Origin: a virus
Lineage: Duplodnaviria; Heunggongvirae; Uroviricota; Caudoviricetes
Strand: one strand, 5' to 3'
Virus record (IMG/VR): IMGVR_UViG_3300049460_000121
Location: 64,001-128,000 of that record
Length of the DNA stretch: 64,000 nt
This document shows, one piece after another, positions 37,880-46,667 of the stretch. Both the position numbers and the translations under genes were made by a program. Numbering within the stretch: position 1 is the stretch's first letter; the number at the start of each line of letters is the position of its first letter. The notes beneath the pieces are model-generated. The model saw only the letters and a list, made by a program, of their open reading frames with translations. It did no database searches and was not told the DNA's origin.

Positions 37880-38246
37880 GATACTCGACTTCCAATAACG
37901 GCTTGTCGTAGATGAACTTCGCATCTACTACGGTGAAGCGCCGCATGTCACTCAGGGTCTTGTCTTTATAAACAAAGTCCTCAAACTCAATCAGGACGTT
38001 GATCATATCCCTGCGGTCGACACGGTGGGGCCGTAGGTCTTCCAGGATGTCCAAGATGGTACTCCCCTCTCCGCTAAAACAACGGATAAAGGTTTCAATC
38101 AGGATGTCCTCGGTCGCCTTTTGGATCTTGAACAGGTCCATGTTAGACTTATTCAAGACATGCCGGAGTTGGTCGATAAAGTCACTACAGCCTATGCGGC
38201 AGTATCGAACCACTCTAGTTTGCTCTGATGCCGTACTCGTGTCCAT
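37704..38246 (-). CDS. Small hypothetical protein (array member 3)
   Basis: ATG at 38246 with GAGAG RBS. Confidence 0.65.
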   Translation of the reverse strand: MDTSTASEQTRVVRYCRIGCSDFIDQLRHVLNKSNMDLFKIQKATEDILIETFIRCFSGEGSTILDILEDLRPHRVDRRDMINVLIEFEDFVYKDKTLSDMRRFTVVDAKFIYDKPLLEVEYHETVPKEEPQTFSRFIRHRRQAGELIHPEVEKALEQFQRELDHRSTVSRPSRVSPRHR

Positions 38247-38736
38247 GGTCTCTCGTCCACTCTTCGATCCGATAATCCTCACCCACTTCCACGCAGATAC
38301 TGTTTCGTATCCGGCTGATGTGAACGATCCTCCAAGTAGGCAGGTCAATGTGGTCCAGGATGAAAACAGACAACTTATCGGACATATCGGTCAGTATCTC
38401 GTTAACCTTCGGGATCTTCTCCAACAGGTAATGGAACTCGTTGATCAGGTCGTTGGTTCTTGCATGCTGGACCTGATACCGCTGGACCCGCTTTCTTTTG
38501 GACCCATACCGCTCATAACCCATCAGGTCACGGACTTCCGAGGAGGCACGCTTTGGACGTGCCCAGAGAAGTTGCTCAGTGATAAAGTCATCGACCATTT
38601 TGTAGATTAGGTCGGATGCATCGTTTTGCAGCTGGCGGCTCCCTTTCTCCTCGTACCGTAAGGCACGCTGATAGATTTGATTGGCAAATTCGCTAATGTC
38701 TAGGACGAATGAGCCTGTAGCATGTTCTAACGTCAC
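38215..38736 (-). CDS. Small hypothetical protein (array member 2)
   Basis: GGAG RBS with GTG start; PTWR...GEDYRI motif. Confidence 0.7.
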   Translation of the reverse strand: MTLEHATGSFVLDISEFANQIYQRALRYEEKGSRQLQNDASDLIYKMVDDFITEQLLWARPKRASSEVRDLMGYERYGSKRKRVQRYQVQHARTNDLINEFHYLLEKIPKVNEILTDMSDKLSVFILDHIDLPTWRIVHISRIRNSICVEVGEDYRIEEWTRDHGHEYGIRAN

Positions 38737-39043
38737 GGAAATCTCCAATGATCAAGGTATTTCTGTTGACCAAAAACCAGAGTTCTTCATCGCAAAGTCG
38801 CTCTCCAACGCTACGGGGTAGATACGTAATTGCGTCCAATCCAAACCGACGCACTGCCGCATCCAACTTTCGAACATCGTGACTGACTGATTGACCCTTT
38901 TGCGGAGTCATCGGAGAACAAGGAATGCCGTAAGAGTGGGTGTACTCTTTGACCAACCAATCCTCGATAACTCCAGCATGAATTTCGCGTTCGGGATCAA
39001 TCAACCTGACGAGTTCGGATATGTCAGTGATGATGTAAGCCAT
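38693..39043 (-). CDS. Small hypothetical protein (array member 1)
   Basis: AAGGGGG RBS; directly after a promoter-like motif. Confidence 0.7.
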   Translation of the reverse strand: MAYIITDISELVRLIDPEREIHAGVIEDWLVKEYTHSYGIPCSPMTPQKGQSVSHDVRKLDAAVRRFGLDAITYLPRSVGERLCDEELWFLVNRNTLIIGDFRDVRTCYRLIRPRH

Positions 39044-39062
39044 AGATCCCCCTTTATACATC

Positions 39063-39090
39063 AGATAAGTAGATTCTGTAACTAATTACA
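39063..39090 (-). promoter_or_regulatory. Putative promoter of the small-gene operon
   Basis: Minus strand reads GTAATTAGTTACAGAATCTACTTATC, a variant of the recurring motif. Confidence 0.55.
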
Positions 39091-39187
39091 CGGGAAGGTG
39101 TCTGAGAGCCTCGCTGTGCAACGTTCGTTACAATTGGCTAGCGTGGTATAGGTTTGAGCCTGAACGCCAGCCAGTGGGGGAATCTGC

Positions 39188-39409
39188 TTACGAGAAGGAG
39201 GGATCGCCGAGGTCCTCGAAGGATGGGTCATCCTTGTTCAGCAACCCGCGGTGTTTCAGAGGATCGTAGGTCTCCTGAGGGAAAGCGCCGTGCCACGATT
39301 GACCGCGGCAGCAGGCGCACTTGAAACCGTCACCGTTGGACGGAGTCAGTTGAAGGGAGTCGATGGTGTTGCAGCACACGCAAACAAACATGGATCCGCC
39401 GTAAGACAT
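39188..39409 (-). CDS. Small Zn-ribbon protein
   Basis: AAGGA RBS; CVCC...CACC...WH. Confidence 0.65.
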   Translation of the reverse strand: MSYGGSMFVCVCCNTIDSLQLTPSNGDGFKCACCRGQSWHGAFPQETYDPLKHRGLLNKDDPSFEDLGDPSFS

Positions 39410-39479
39410 GACGTATTCCTTTATAATGAAGTTAAGGGCACAAAGGTACCTGGGGTTACCAGGTACCGGTGCGTTTAGA

Positions 39480-40496
39480 TCACTCGAAGACCAGACCGGT
39501 AGCGTGGGTGACGGTTTTGGCGTCACTCAGCTTGGTGGTGGCTTGCTGGTTTTGCTTCTGCAAGGCAACAGTGCTCTTCAGGGTGTTCAGGCGATCGAAC
39601 AGGCCGGACAGGTTGTCCACCGAGACGGTGTAGAAGAAGTTGTTCTTGCTGTTGGCATCGGCCGGCAGGTAGCCAGTCTTGTCGTAGTCGGCGTCGATCT
39701 GAGGACCAACCTGATCTTCGCCGGTCAGCAGCGAGATGTACGCGATCGGACGGGCCGAGGCTTTCTGGATGTCTTCAGTCTTGGTGAACACGTCCAGCAT
39801 GGCCAGACCTGGCTTGTTGTGGCTGACCAGGTGGAAGTCGAACATGTTCTGGATGTCGGCGCTGTCCAGAGCTTTGTTACGGCCAGAGGCCAACATGCCC
39901 AGCGAGCCCAGGACGAACTTCGGCACCAGGTTGTTGTCGATGATCGATTTGGTTGGACTGTTTTCGGCGTAGAACATAACGATCGGACGACCAACGCGTG
40001 CAACGGCTTGTTCCAGACCAGTCAGAGTGCCGATGGTGTTGGTGGTACGCTTCAGGGTTTCGTGGGAACCGATGATGATCGCCACCGCCATCTTGCCCTG
40101 TTTCAGCAGTTCTTCCAGGATCAGAGGACCTGCAACGGAACCCGAACCACCGGATGCCGAGAACAGAACCACGTTGAAGTCCTTCGGTTCGTGCGCCAGC
40201 AGGATTTGTGGCAGGACGCCCATGATCGCTTCGGCGTTCTTCGGGCGGTTGGAACCGGAACCATCCAGACCCTTCAGGGTGAAGGTGTGTTTGGACGGGA
40301 CGTTGTGCAGGTTGGCGAACGAGGTGTCGATGTACGCGAAGTGCTCGCTGGCATTTTGCTCGTCAGCAGTCAGGACCAGATCTTCACGATGGCTGCGCAA
40401 CAGGTTTATACCGGTCCCACCACAACTGTAAAACATAATGCTGCGAGTTTTCGGTTTGATCAAGTCGGCGTTGATTTGCTCGTTTACTGCGTTCAT
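39480..40496 (-). CDS. phuZ: PhuZ tubulin-like spindle protein
   Basis: CGGTGINL; IDTS; GSG; GGSGSVAG signature; LDSADIQN T7 loop; C-terminal GLVFE. Confidence 0.95.
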   Translation of the reverse strand: MNAVNEQINADLIKPKTRSIMFYSCGGTGINLLRSHREDLVLTADEQNASEHFAYIDTSFANLHNVPSKHTFTLKGLDGSGSNRPKNAEAIMGVLPQILLAHEPKDFNVVLFSASGGSGSVAGPLILEELLKQGKMAVAIIIGSHETLKRTTNTIGTLTGLEQAVARVGRPIVMFYAENSPTKSIIDNNLVPKFVLGSLGMLASGRNKALDSADIQNMFDFHLVSHNKPGLAMLDVFTKTEDIQKASARPIAYISLLTGEDQVGPQIDADYDKTGYLPADANSKNNFFYTVSVDNLSGLFDRLNTLKSTVALQKQNQQATTKLSDAKTVTHATGLVFE

Positions 40497-40560
40497 GTAA
40501 AGCTCCACTATTTAATTGGCGGGATCTGATATGAAGATCCCAGGAAAAGAGGTTATTGCA

Positions 40561-41400
40561 ATGGATCCCGTGTCGACGGCAATAAATAACATCAAGTTTG
40601 AGGTCCCGCGTGAGATCCTGAACCAAGCGTTCATGCCCAAGCGTTATGACCCCACTCGACGTGTCCGGTATCAAGACAACGTTTTCGCAGCGTCCATCGA
40701 TGAACTCATCCGCACCATCGTAGTTGAAGGTCGGGTGGCTATCGATGTCAACCTGTTGTCTGGCACCGAAATGGTTCTCCCACTACAAGCCGCGGTGATG
40801 GAACACATCGACCCTTGGAACGTCATCTACCGGTTTGGTAGCGATGTCACCAACGGCCGGCGTATCACAGCGGTCTATGAAGTGTTGTACGGTATTACTC
40901 AGGGACTCAATGGCAACAACGTCTCTGGATTGACCATGCAGCGCAGCAGCCAAATGCTCAAGGTCGGTCGGGACATCCTCAACGCCTCGGTTGGCGTGAA
41001 TACCGCCTCCACCTCTTACTGTCAGTTGGTTGGTCAGAACACCGTGTTGGTGAATGACGTAAACCAGATGATCGCTTATGGTGGTTTGCGTTGCCGGTTG
41101 TCCCACGAACTGAACTTCAACGACATCAAACCGGTCTACTACCACGCGTTTGGCGAACTGGTGACGTTGGCCACGAAAGCCTACATCTACAACACCTTGG
41201 TTATCGACCTCGATGAGGGCGCTATCAAAGGCGGTGCATCCCTGGGCCGCATCCGTGAGATGGTTGACCAGTACGCCGACGCGAACCAGATGTACAAAGA
41301 GTACCTGAACACCAAGTGGCAACGAATCGGCATGATGAACGATACCGAAGCGTACCGCAAAGTGATGAAGCTTGCTCTAGGCGCCAGGCCTAAGTTCTAA
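40561..41400 (+). CDS. Conserved protein; possible head-tail adaptor (neck)
   Basis: GAGG RBS; C-terminal LATKAYI...IKGGASLG...Y segment weakly resembles T4 gp13-type adaptors (inference). Confidence 0.55.
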   Translation: MDPVSTAINNIKFEVPREILNQAFMPKRYDPTRRVRYQDNVFAASIDELIRTIVVEGRVAIDVNLLSGTEMVLPLQAAVMEHIDPWNVIYRFGSDVTNGRRITAVYEVLYGITQGLNGNNVSGLTMQRSSQMLKVGRDILNASVGVNTASTSYCQLVGQNTVLVNDVNQMIAYGGLRCRLSHELNFNDIKPVYYHAFGELVTLATKAYIYNTLVIDLDEGAIKGGASLGRIREMVDQYADANQMYKEYLNTKWQRIGMMNDTEAYRKVMKLALGARPKF

Positions 41401-41430
41401 TACCTCCGCATTATCAATCGCTTACACCTT

Positions 41431-41457
41431 GATAATGTACGACTGTATTAGTTTTGC
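41431..41457 (-). promoter_or_regulatory. Putative phage promoter pointing antisense into 40561..41400, toward phuZ
   Basis: Minus strand reads GCAAAACTAATACAGTCGTACATTATC. Confidence 0.6.
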
Positions 41458-42008
41458 GGTTTACGCGTGATGAATACACGACCTTGTTGGAGGGTGACGG
41501 TGTCGCCTTCCATCAGGGAGGTGTTTATGCCCAAACTGTCAATGCGTAGGTCGCGCTTGACGATACCCAGAGGAATATCGCCAATAGGCAGGTCAGGCAC
41601 CGGTGCGGATTCTAGGGTCAGGACGTGACTAATACCCTGTTCGTTCAGGACGTTAATGATCTCGACCAGTTTCGGGCAGCTAAAGCCGTAAGGTGGAATA
41701 ACTGCTTCGATGGTAGACTTGGCACGGTCCCAGTATTCAGTGATGGCTTCGGCGAACATGCGACCGATCTCATCTTGCAGTGCTTCGCAGTCCACGTCTT
41801 TCAGGTAGGACAATGCACCCCAGCCGCGTATACGAGCACAGCGCTCCGAAGCCTGATCCAGATCAGCAAACATCTGAGTACCATTCGTAGACGGATCACC
41901 TTTGGCCCAGACGTAGCCGCCCATGCTATCGAAGTGGAACGGTCCCTTGTAGAAGCTCAGGCCAATCGCCCGAAGTTCTGGGTTTACTGCGTTTTCTTTC
42001 TTAGCCAT
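41448..42008 (-). CDS. Hypothetical phage protein
   Basis: GGAG RBS; RIRGWGALSYL motif. Confidence 0.7.
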   Translation of the reverse strand: MAKKENAVNPELRAIGLSFYKGPFHFDSMGGYVWAKGDPSTNGTQMFADLDQASERCARIRGWGALSYLKDVDCEALQDEIGRMFAEAITEYWDRAKSTIEAVIPPYGFSCPKLVEIINVLNEQGISHVLTLESAPVPDLPIGDIPLGIVKRDLRIDSLGINTSLMEGDTVTLQQGRVFITRKPQN

Positions 42009-42065
42009 GCGTGACTCCAACGGCAGAGGGGTGTTTTACGTACGATACCTCTGCCGTGTAAGTTT

Positions 42066-42605
42066 TTACGCCCGGAGCAACACCAGCAGTTCGTCGGTGG
42101 TGGTCGCGACCTTATAGCCCTCAGTGGAGAGGTACTCTTTGGTGCTACCGAACTCATCGTCTTCAGCGAGGTAGAGTACATCCGCCTCAGGATCGACGAC
42201 ATCGTTAGGTGTCATGATGGACACCGTCTGAGCCGGTGTCTGGGTAACCGAATCTGCCAGATGTACACCGTTGACCACGAGGTTCTGCTCAGCAGGCAGT
42301 TGACCGTTACCGACCGCATTTTGCAGGGCGATAGGATCGTGGCCAGAAGATTCCAGGCTAGGCTTGACCGCAGGGGTAGGACCATCCTCTTCCCCGATGT
42401 CCAGCGTACCGTCACCTTTGATCAGGTAACCGGAGGCTTGCAGTGCCTTACGGACTTCTTCCTTGACTGGAACGATCTTGCCCAGTACCGGATCTTCAGT
42501 GGTCTTAAGGTCGATCATCGAGCCACCGCTCGAGCGCATACCTGGTTCAGTGGCAGACTTCAGGGATTCGAAACTCCCCTTGAGTAGTTCAGCATAATAG
42601 GACAT
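42066..42605 (-). CDS. Hypothetical acidic protein
   Basis: AAGGG RBS; 179 aa. Confidence 0.65.
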   Translation of the reverse strand: MSYYAELLKGSFESLKSATEPGMRSSGGSMIDLKTTEDPVLGKIVPVKEEVRKALQASGYLIKGDGTLDIGEEDGPTPAVKPSLESSGHDPIALQNAVGNGQLPAEQNLVVNGVHLADSVTQTPAQTVSIMTPNDVVDPEADVLYLAEDDEFGSTKEYLSTEGYKVATTTDELLVLLRA

Positions 42606-42680
42606 GAATAGACCCTTGAGTCAGTGAGTTATGAATTCGTACGGTTTACCACCGCACTCATCTTATTCCAATCTATAAAG

Positions 42681-42900
42681 AGCATAGAGTCTGGGCCTAC
42701 TACCCAGACTCTCTTACGGCTAAATAGAATTTAAGTATTCTGTAATATTTTACAACCCTATTAGCGCCTGCGGCGCTATATAGATAATCTAGTCTAACGG
42801 CGTTCGCTACGCTCTCTGGCCAGACTAGATTGAGTTATGCCTCATCCACTCCATCCCCCGGTATATCCTCATCGCTTCGCTCGAGTCTATACCACCCCCT
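42681..42900. other. Structured non-coding region (multiple hairpins plus an AT-rich tract); candidate origin or ncRNA
   Basis: Four inverted repeats within the largest intergenic gap (42606-43022). Confidence 0.45.
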
Positions 42901-42966
42901 TCCTCGCCTTCTCCAGGTTGAAAAGAGGTGAAACATACTATCTAGCCAACCGTGTCATTATTTACA

Positions 42967-43010
42967 CAAAAAAAAGAAAGACAGGAGAGGGGTTGGCCCT
43001 CCCCTCCTGC
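42967..43010 (-). terminator. Hairpin plus U-tract terminator
   Basis: aaaaaaaaagaaag caggagagggg...cccctcctg. Confidence 0.7.
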
Positions 43011-43022
43011 CCTGCCTAGCCC

Positions 43023-43712
43023 TTAACGGGCTCGACGCGAGTTCCGCTCATCGCGCTCGTGACGTGGCGACACGCGTTGCATGTCCTCACGAGAGCTGTT
43101 GCGGTGAAGTGCTGGCATCCAACGTTCGCCCCGCGAAGGGCTGTCGTTGCGGTGATCGCCGTAGACGGCTTCGATGGCCAGTTCTTTGATCTGTTGCGGA
43201 GTGGCCTGGATGTTGCCGCCGAGACGACTGATCAGACCTTCAGTGAGGATTTCTTCCTGACCTTCCAGCGCGTACCAGACACCGAGGTCCAGCAGACCGC
43301 CGATGTCGTCATTCTGACCGTCTTCGATCAGCAGAGGACGCAGACGCGACGCGTAGAAGTCCAAGAAGTAGGAAACCTCCACTTCATCGATGTCGCGGAT
43401 GGCGTGAAGTACCGTCTGCATCTGGAAGATGTCGAAGATCAGGGCGTGAGCCATGTTCTCCAAGAACACCTTCCGGACGCCAGCCACTTCCACGAATGTG
43501 GTGAAGGTGGACTCAGCCTGAGGTTGTTCGGCCGCAGTCCGGCTACGGACACCGAGGACGCGCTCACCCAGACTGGCATCAGCACCAGGCTTGGCGGCCG
43601 CTTTATCGGCAGCCGATTTTGGACCAGGTTTAGCGCCTGGCTTAGGGCCTGGCTTGACGCGTTCTTTTGCGTCAGCAGCTTTAGCAGGTGTAGCGGTTGT
43701 CTTGCCAGCCAT
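43023..43712 (-). CDS. Hypothetical protein with a K/P/A-rich (KPGP repeat) N-terminus and an R/D/S-rich C-terminus
   Basis: AAGGAG RBS. Confidence 0.75.
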   Translation of the reverse strand: MAGKTTATPAKAADAKERVKPGPKPGAKPGPKSAADKAAAKPGADASLGERVLGVRSRTAAEQPQAESTFTTFVEVAGVRKVFLENMAHALIFDIFQMQTVLHAIRDIDEVEVSYFLDFYASRLRPLLIEDGQNDDIGGLLDLGVWYALEGQEEILTEGLISRLGGNIQATPQQIKELAIEAVYGDHRNDSPSRGERWMPALHRNSSREDMQRVSPRHERDERNSRRAR

Positions 43713-43721
43713 GACGGCTCC

Positions 43722-44204
43722 TTAGATTTTCACAGTGTCGCGGTTATCGAGGACGTCGGCAATCTGCTCGACAGTAACGCCCAGTCGCTGAGACAGGGAT
43801 TGGATATCTTCGCCGGCATCTTCTGCCAAACGCACCAGATCTTCGAAGGACGCGCCTTCGAGCAGGCTAGCACGGTACTTCTCAACTTCGGCCTTGCACA
43901 GGACAAAGCCTTGAGCCCAGTCCTTATTGTCCAGCACGCTCATCAGGCGCGATTGCGCGCGCATCAGAGGAACGTTGTCCAGGACTACGTCCAGAGCTGC
44001 CTGACGTGCACGCAGGGCCAGATGGATGTCTGACTGGGTGACGCCAGTGGCGGTGCCTGTGTCCAGGGATTGATCGCCGTTGTTGCGGCGGTCACCTTCG
44101 TTGTTTTGCTGATCTACTTCGAAAGTCATGGCTGGTTTCTCCGCCGATGGTTGTTGAGTTGGTGGTGTGTAGGGCCGTTGTGGCTGCCCATGAAATTTCT
44201 TCAT
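43722..44204 (-). CDS. Hypothetical protein, possible C-terminal HTH
   Basis: QSLSQRLGVTVEQIADVL segment. Confidence 0.65.
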   Translation of the reverse strand: MKKFHGQPQRPYTPPTQQPSAEKPAMTFEVDQQNNEGDRRNNGDQSLDTGTATGVTQSDIHLALRARQAALDVVLDNVPLMRAQSRLMSVLDNKDWAQGFVLCKAEVEKYRASLLEGASFEDLVRLAEDAGEDIQSLSQRLGVTVEQIADVLDNRDTVKI

Positions 44205-44317
44205 ACTCTCGCTCCCTTGCCGTCAGGCATGGTTGATGCTTTACTTCGACCACGCCCAGCGTACTGAGCCGAAGAGGACGCAGCACAAAGGCAGAGGCTT
44301 TCACCCCCGCCTAAGTA

Positions 44318-44797
44318 CTATTGTTGGATAGCGTGGAACTGGTCGATGGGTTGGATATCCCAGAACATACCTTCCCAGCTGAACGGCTTCGCAGGATACT
44401 CTTCACCGGTCAAGAAGACCAGCAGCTTGATGACGCCCGACTTGGTCGAGACTTCGTCGTGGAACTCATCCAGGGAGAGCTCAGGACGGTAGTTCTCATG
44501 AACCTGGAGCATCATGGCTACGAAAGTACCACTTTCCATTTCGAGGCTGTAATGATGATCCGGCATGTACGCGAGAATGCGGAGATACTCCAGACAGCTC
44601 TCGGTAGACGACCAGCGTTTGGTCGGTGGGTAGGACATCCCGACGACAACGCGCGGAGCAGGGACATCTTCGTTCATTGCAACAAGCCGCTGGCTCAGTT
44701 CTTCATCGCACATGAGGTTATCCAGGGAATGGTGTTTCAGAACGTGAGCGAACGCGCTTCGTTGGGCTACTTGAGTCTGATGCATGGTTACCTCCAC
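44318..44797 (-). CDS. Hypothetical protein
   Basis: GGAGGT RBS before the ATG at about 44785. Confidence 0.6.
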   Translation of the reverse strand: MEVTMHQTQVAQRSAFAHVLKHHSLDNLMCDEELSQRLVAMNEDVPAPRVVVGMSYPPTKRWSSTESCLEYLRILAYMPDHHYSLEMESGTFVAMMLQVHENYRPELSLDEFHDEVSTKSGVIKLLVFLTGEEYPAKPFSWEGMFWDIQPIDQFHAIQQ

Positions 44798-44803
44798 GGT
44801 AAA

Positions 44804-44986
44804 TCAAACTAATGATGTGGTTTTTGCTGCGGCGAGCTTTTCGATATCGTCGCGGCGATCTTGATAATGGTTTCGGCAGAGATGAAATGTCTCCGTTGGG
44901 ATAGTTACCCTAACGGTAGCGAATGAGCAGCAATCTTCGCATTCAATGCCTTGGCCGGTACTAAGGGTTTCGGTTTTGATGGACAT
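44804..44986 (-). CDS. Small Zn-finger protein
   Basis: AAGGAG RBS; CEDC...LCRNH. Confidence 0.6.
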   Translation of the reverse strand: MSIKTETLSTGQGIECEDCCSFATVRVTIPTETFHLCRNHYQDRRDDIEKLAAAKTTSLV

Positions 44987-45007
44987 CTTTCTTCTCCTTA
45001 TCATGGC

Positions 45008-45034
45008 AGTAATGTACTGTCATAATTAATTTCA
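45008..45034 (-). promoter_or_regulatory. Putative early promoter
   Basis: Minus strand reads GAAATTAATTATGACAGTACATTAC, close to the phiKZ early motif TATATTAC. Confidence 0.65.
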
Positions 45035-45053
45035 ATCGATTTTTGAGGTACTC

Positions 45054-46313
45054 ATGAGCAACGTCTTGCCGTTTGCAAAGGCCGGAGCGCCTTGCGTCAA
45101 CAGTACCTTTGAGAAACACTGTTCTCACATCATTTTTGACGTGAAGTTTCTTACAAAGGTAAAAGTCTACGAGCAGCAGTTCGTAAACAAGAACGACACA
45201 CACATCGCGTTCTTCGGCGGCAACCTCATGGGGGTTCATCCAGTTCGGTTTAAAGACGAAGATCGCAACCGCTGGTTCAACGAAGTGATGGATGCGGACG
45301 AAGATTCGTTGGAGGATGATCTCCACGCCCTGACCGCGATCTTGCCACACCGCCACGTTTCCAGTGACGTGATGAACCTGTCGTGTTTCTGGATGGCTCA
45401 CAAGTTCCTGTCCAGTCCACACCTGACTCCTCTGCAACAGCATGAAGGGGCCATGGCCTCTATCCTGGTGGTGCAGTACAAGTTCATCACTTCGATCCTC
45501 ACCGATTGGTTCCGCTACAACGCTGACCCGATTATCGCACAGGCGACCTACGCCGCCCTCAACAAGCGTTTCGGCTTGAAGGTGGCAGGTAGTTGGGGTG
45601 CCCTCCTGCGTATCCGTGCTGCGGCCGTAGTGGGTAAAGGTGAGTTACACCATAAAGAGTTGTTGTCATTTCTTAACGACGACAAGGTTGTATATATGGT
45701 GAACGACACTCAAGGTCGTATCAAGGACATCCTGAAGAACATCCGGGACGTCTTCACCATCGTTAAGAACAGTCCTGAGATGCAGATCAGGTCCAGCAGC
45801 TCCATGATCGAGATGGATGGCGAATTGAAGGTCCGTGATAAGACCCGACTCGTGTCCACCTACATGCGTTACATTCTGGAGACCCTTCCGGATAAGAACA
45901 GCTTCATGGTGCCGGAACTCATCGATGTCATTGCCAAGACCGTCCCCACGATGCCTAAGAGCTCGTTGCAGGCGACTTTGCAGTACATGAGTGCCAACTC
46001 CTCTCCTCGTGCCGACAAAGACGTTCAGCAGCTTTGTACGGTCGTACTGCAACACGCCTTCAATTACCTGGCTCGAAATCCTAACGTGATGGAGAACCAG
46101 AGTGACATCGGTGGGTTGCTGAAGAAGATGCGTGCTCTCTACCAGGCCAGTCGTACTACCGATCCGCAGATCATCGAGATGCGGGAACTGGCTGAAGGGA
46201 TTGCCCGTCGGACTCTCAAGAGCAAGAACGGTGTCCTCATCGCAGCTGTCCGCAACGCAGTACTGCTGTACATCCTCCTCCGCACTTTCACTATGAAACA
46301 CTATCGTCAATAA
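45054..46313 (+). CDS. Conserved phiKZ-like helical protein
   Basis: GAGGT RBS; 419 aa; FFGGNLMGV motif. Confidence 0.75.
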   Translation: MSNVLPFAKAGAPCVNSTFEKHCSHIIFDVKFLTKVKVYEQQFVNKNDTHIAFFGGNLMGVHPVRFKDEDRNRWFNEVMDADEDSLEDDLHALTAILPHRHVSSDVMNLSCFWMAHKFLSSPHLTPLQQHEGAMASILVVQYKFITSILTDWFRYNADPIIAQATYAALNKRFGLKVAGSWGALLRIRAAAVVGKGELHHKELLSFLNDDKVVYMVNDTQGRIKDILKNIRDVFTIVKNSPEMQIRSSSSMIEMDGELKVRDKTRLVSTYMRYILETLPDKNSFMVPELIDVIAKTVPTMPKSSLQATLQYMSANSSPRADKDVQQLCTVVLQHAFNYLARNPNVMENQSDIGGLLKKMRALYQASRTTDPQIIEMRELAEGIARRTLKSKNGVLIAAVRNAVLLYILLRTFTMKHYRQ

Positions 46314-46325
46314 ATGGAGCGTCAC

Positions 46326-46667
46326 ATGACTCAACACTATGTCGGCCGTAAGATCGTAATGGCCTGGGAACAGGACAGTGCTGGCCAACCTGGCTTTCAG
46401 GTTAAGTATTCCAACGGTCATATTTCCTGGTCGCCGAAAGACGCGTTCGACGAATCCCACCTGGCTATCGGTCACGTAGGTCAGTACACCTACGACCAAC
46501 AGCTGATCATGGCCGACATGGTTGAGTTCCAAGCCCGTCTGGATGCGCTGCAAGGCGTTCAGGGTGAGTTGGCAGATATCGAGCGACGCGTACTCGAGCT
46601 GTACATGAACATCACCCAGAAGAAGGTTGACGCGTTCAGTAACATCGAACACGAAGTCGCCGTCTAA
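46326..46667 (+). CDS. Small phage protein with a YVGxK...SWSPKD.F domain plus a helical hairpin; candidate anti-defence protein
   Basis: GGAG RBS; motif recognised from widespread phage proteins. Confidence 0.6.
   Translation: MTQHYVGRKIVMAWEQDSAGQPGFQVKYSNGHISWSPKDAFDESHLAIGHVGQYTYDQQLIMADMVEFQARLDALQGVQGELADIERRVLELYMNITQKKVDAFSNIEHEVAV

Noticed and set aside
42837-43019. 60-aa ORF in the structured intergenic region
   Set aside because: No RBS, atypical codons, and it runs through a terminator.
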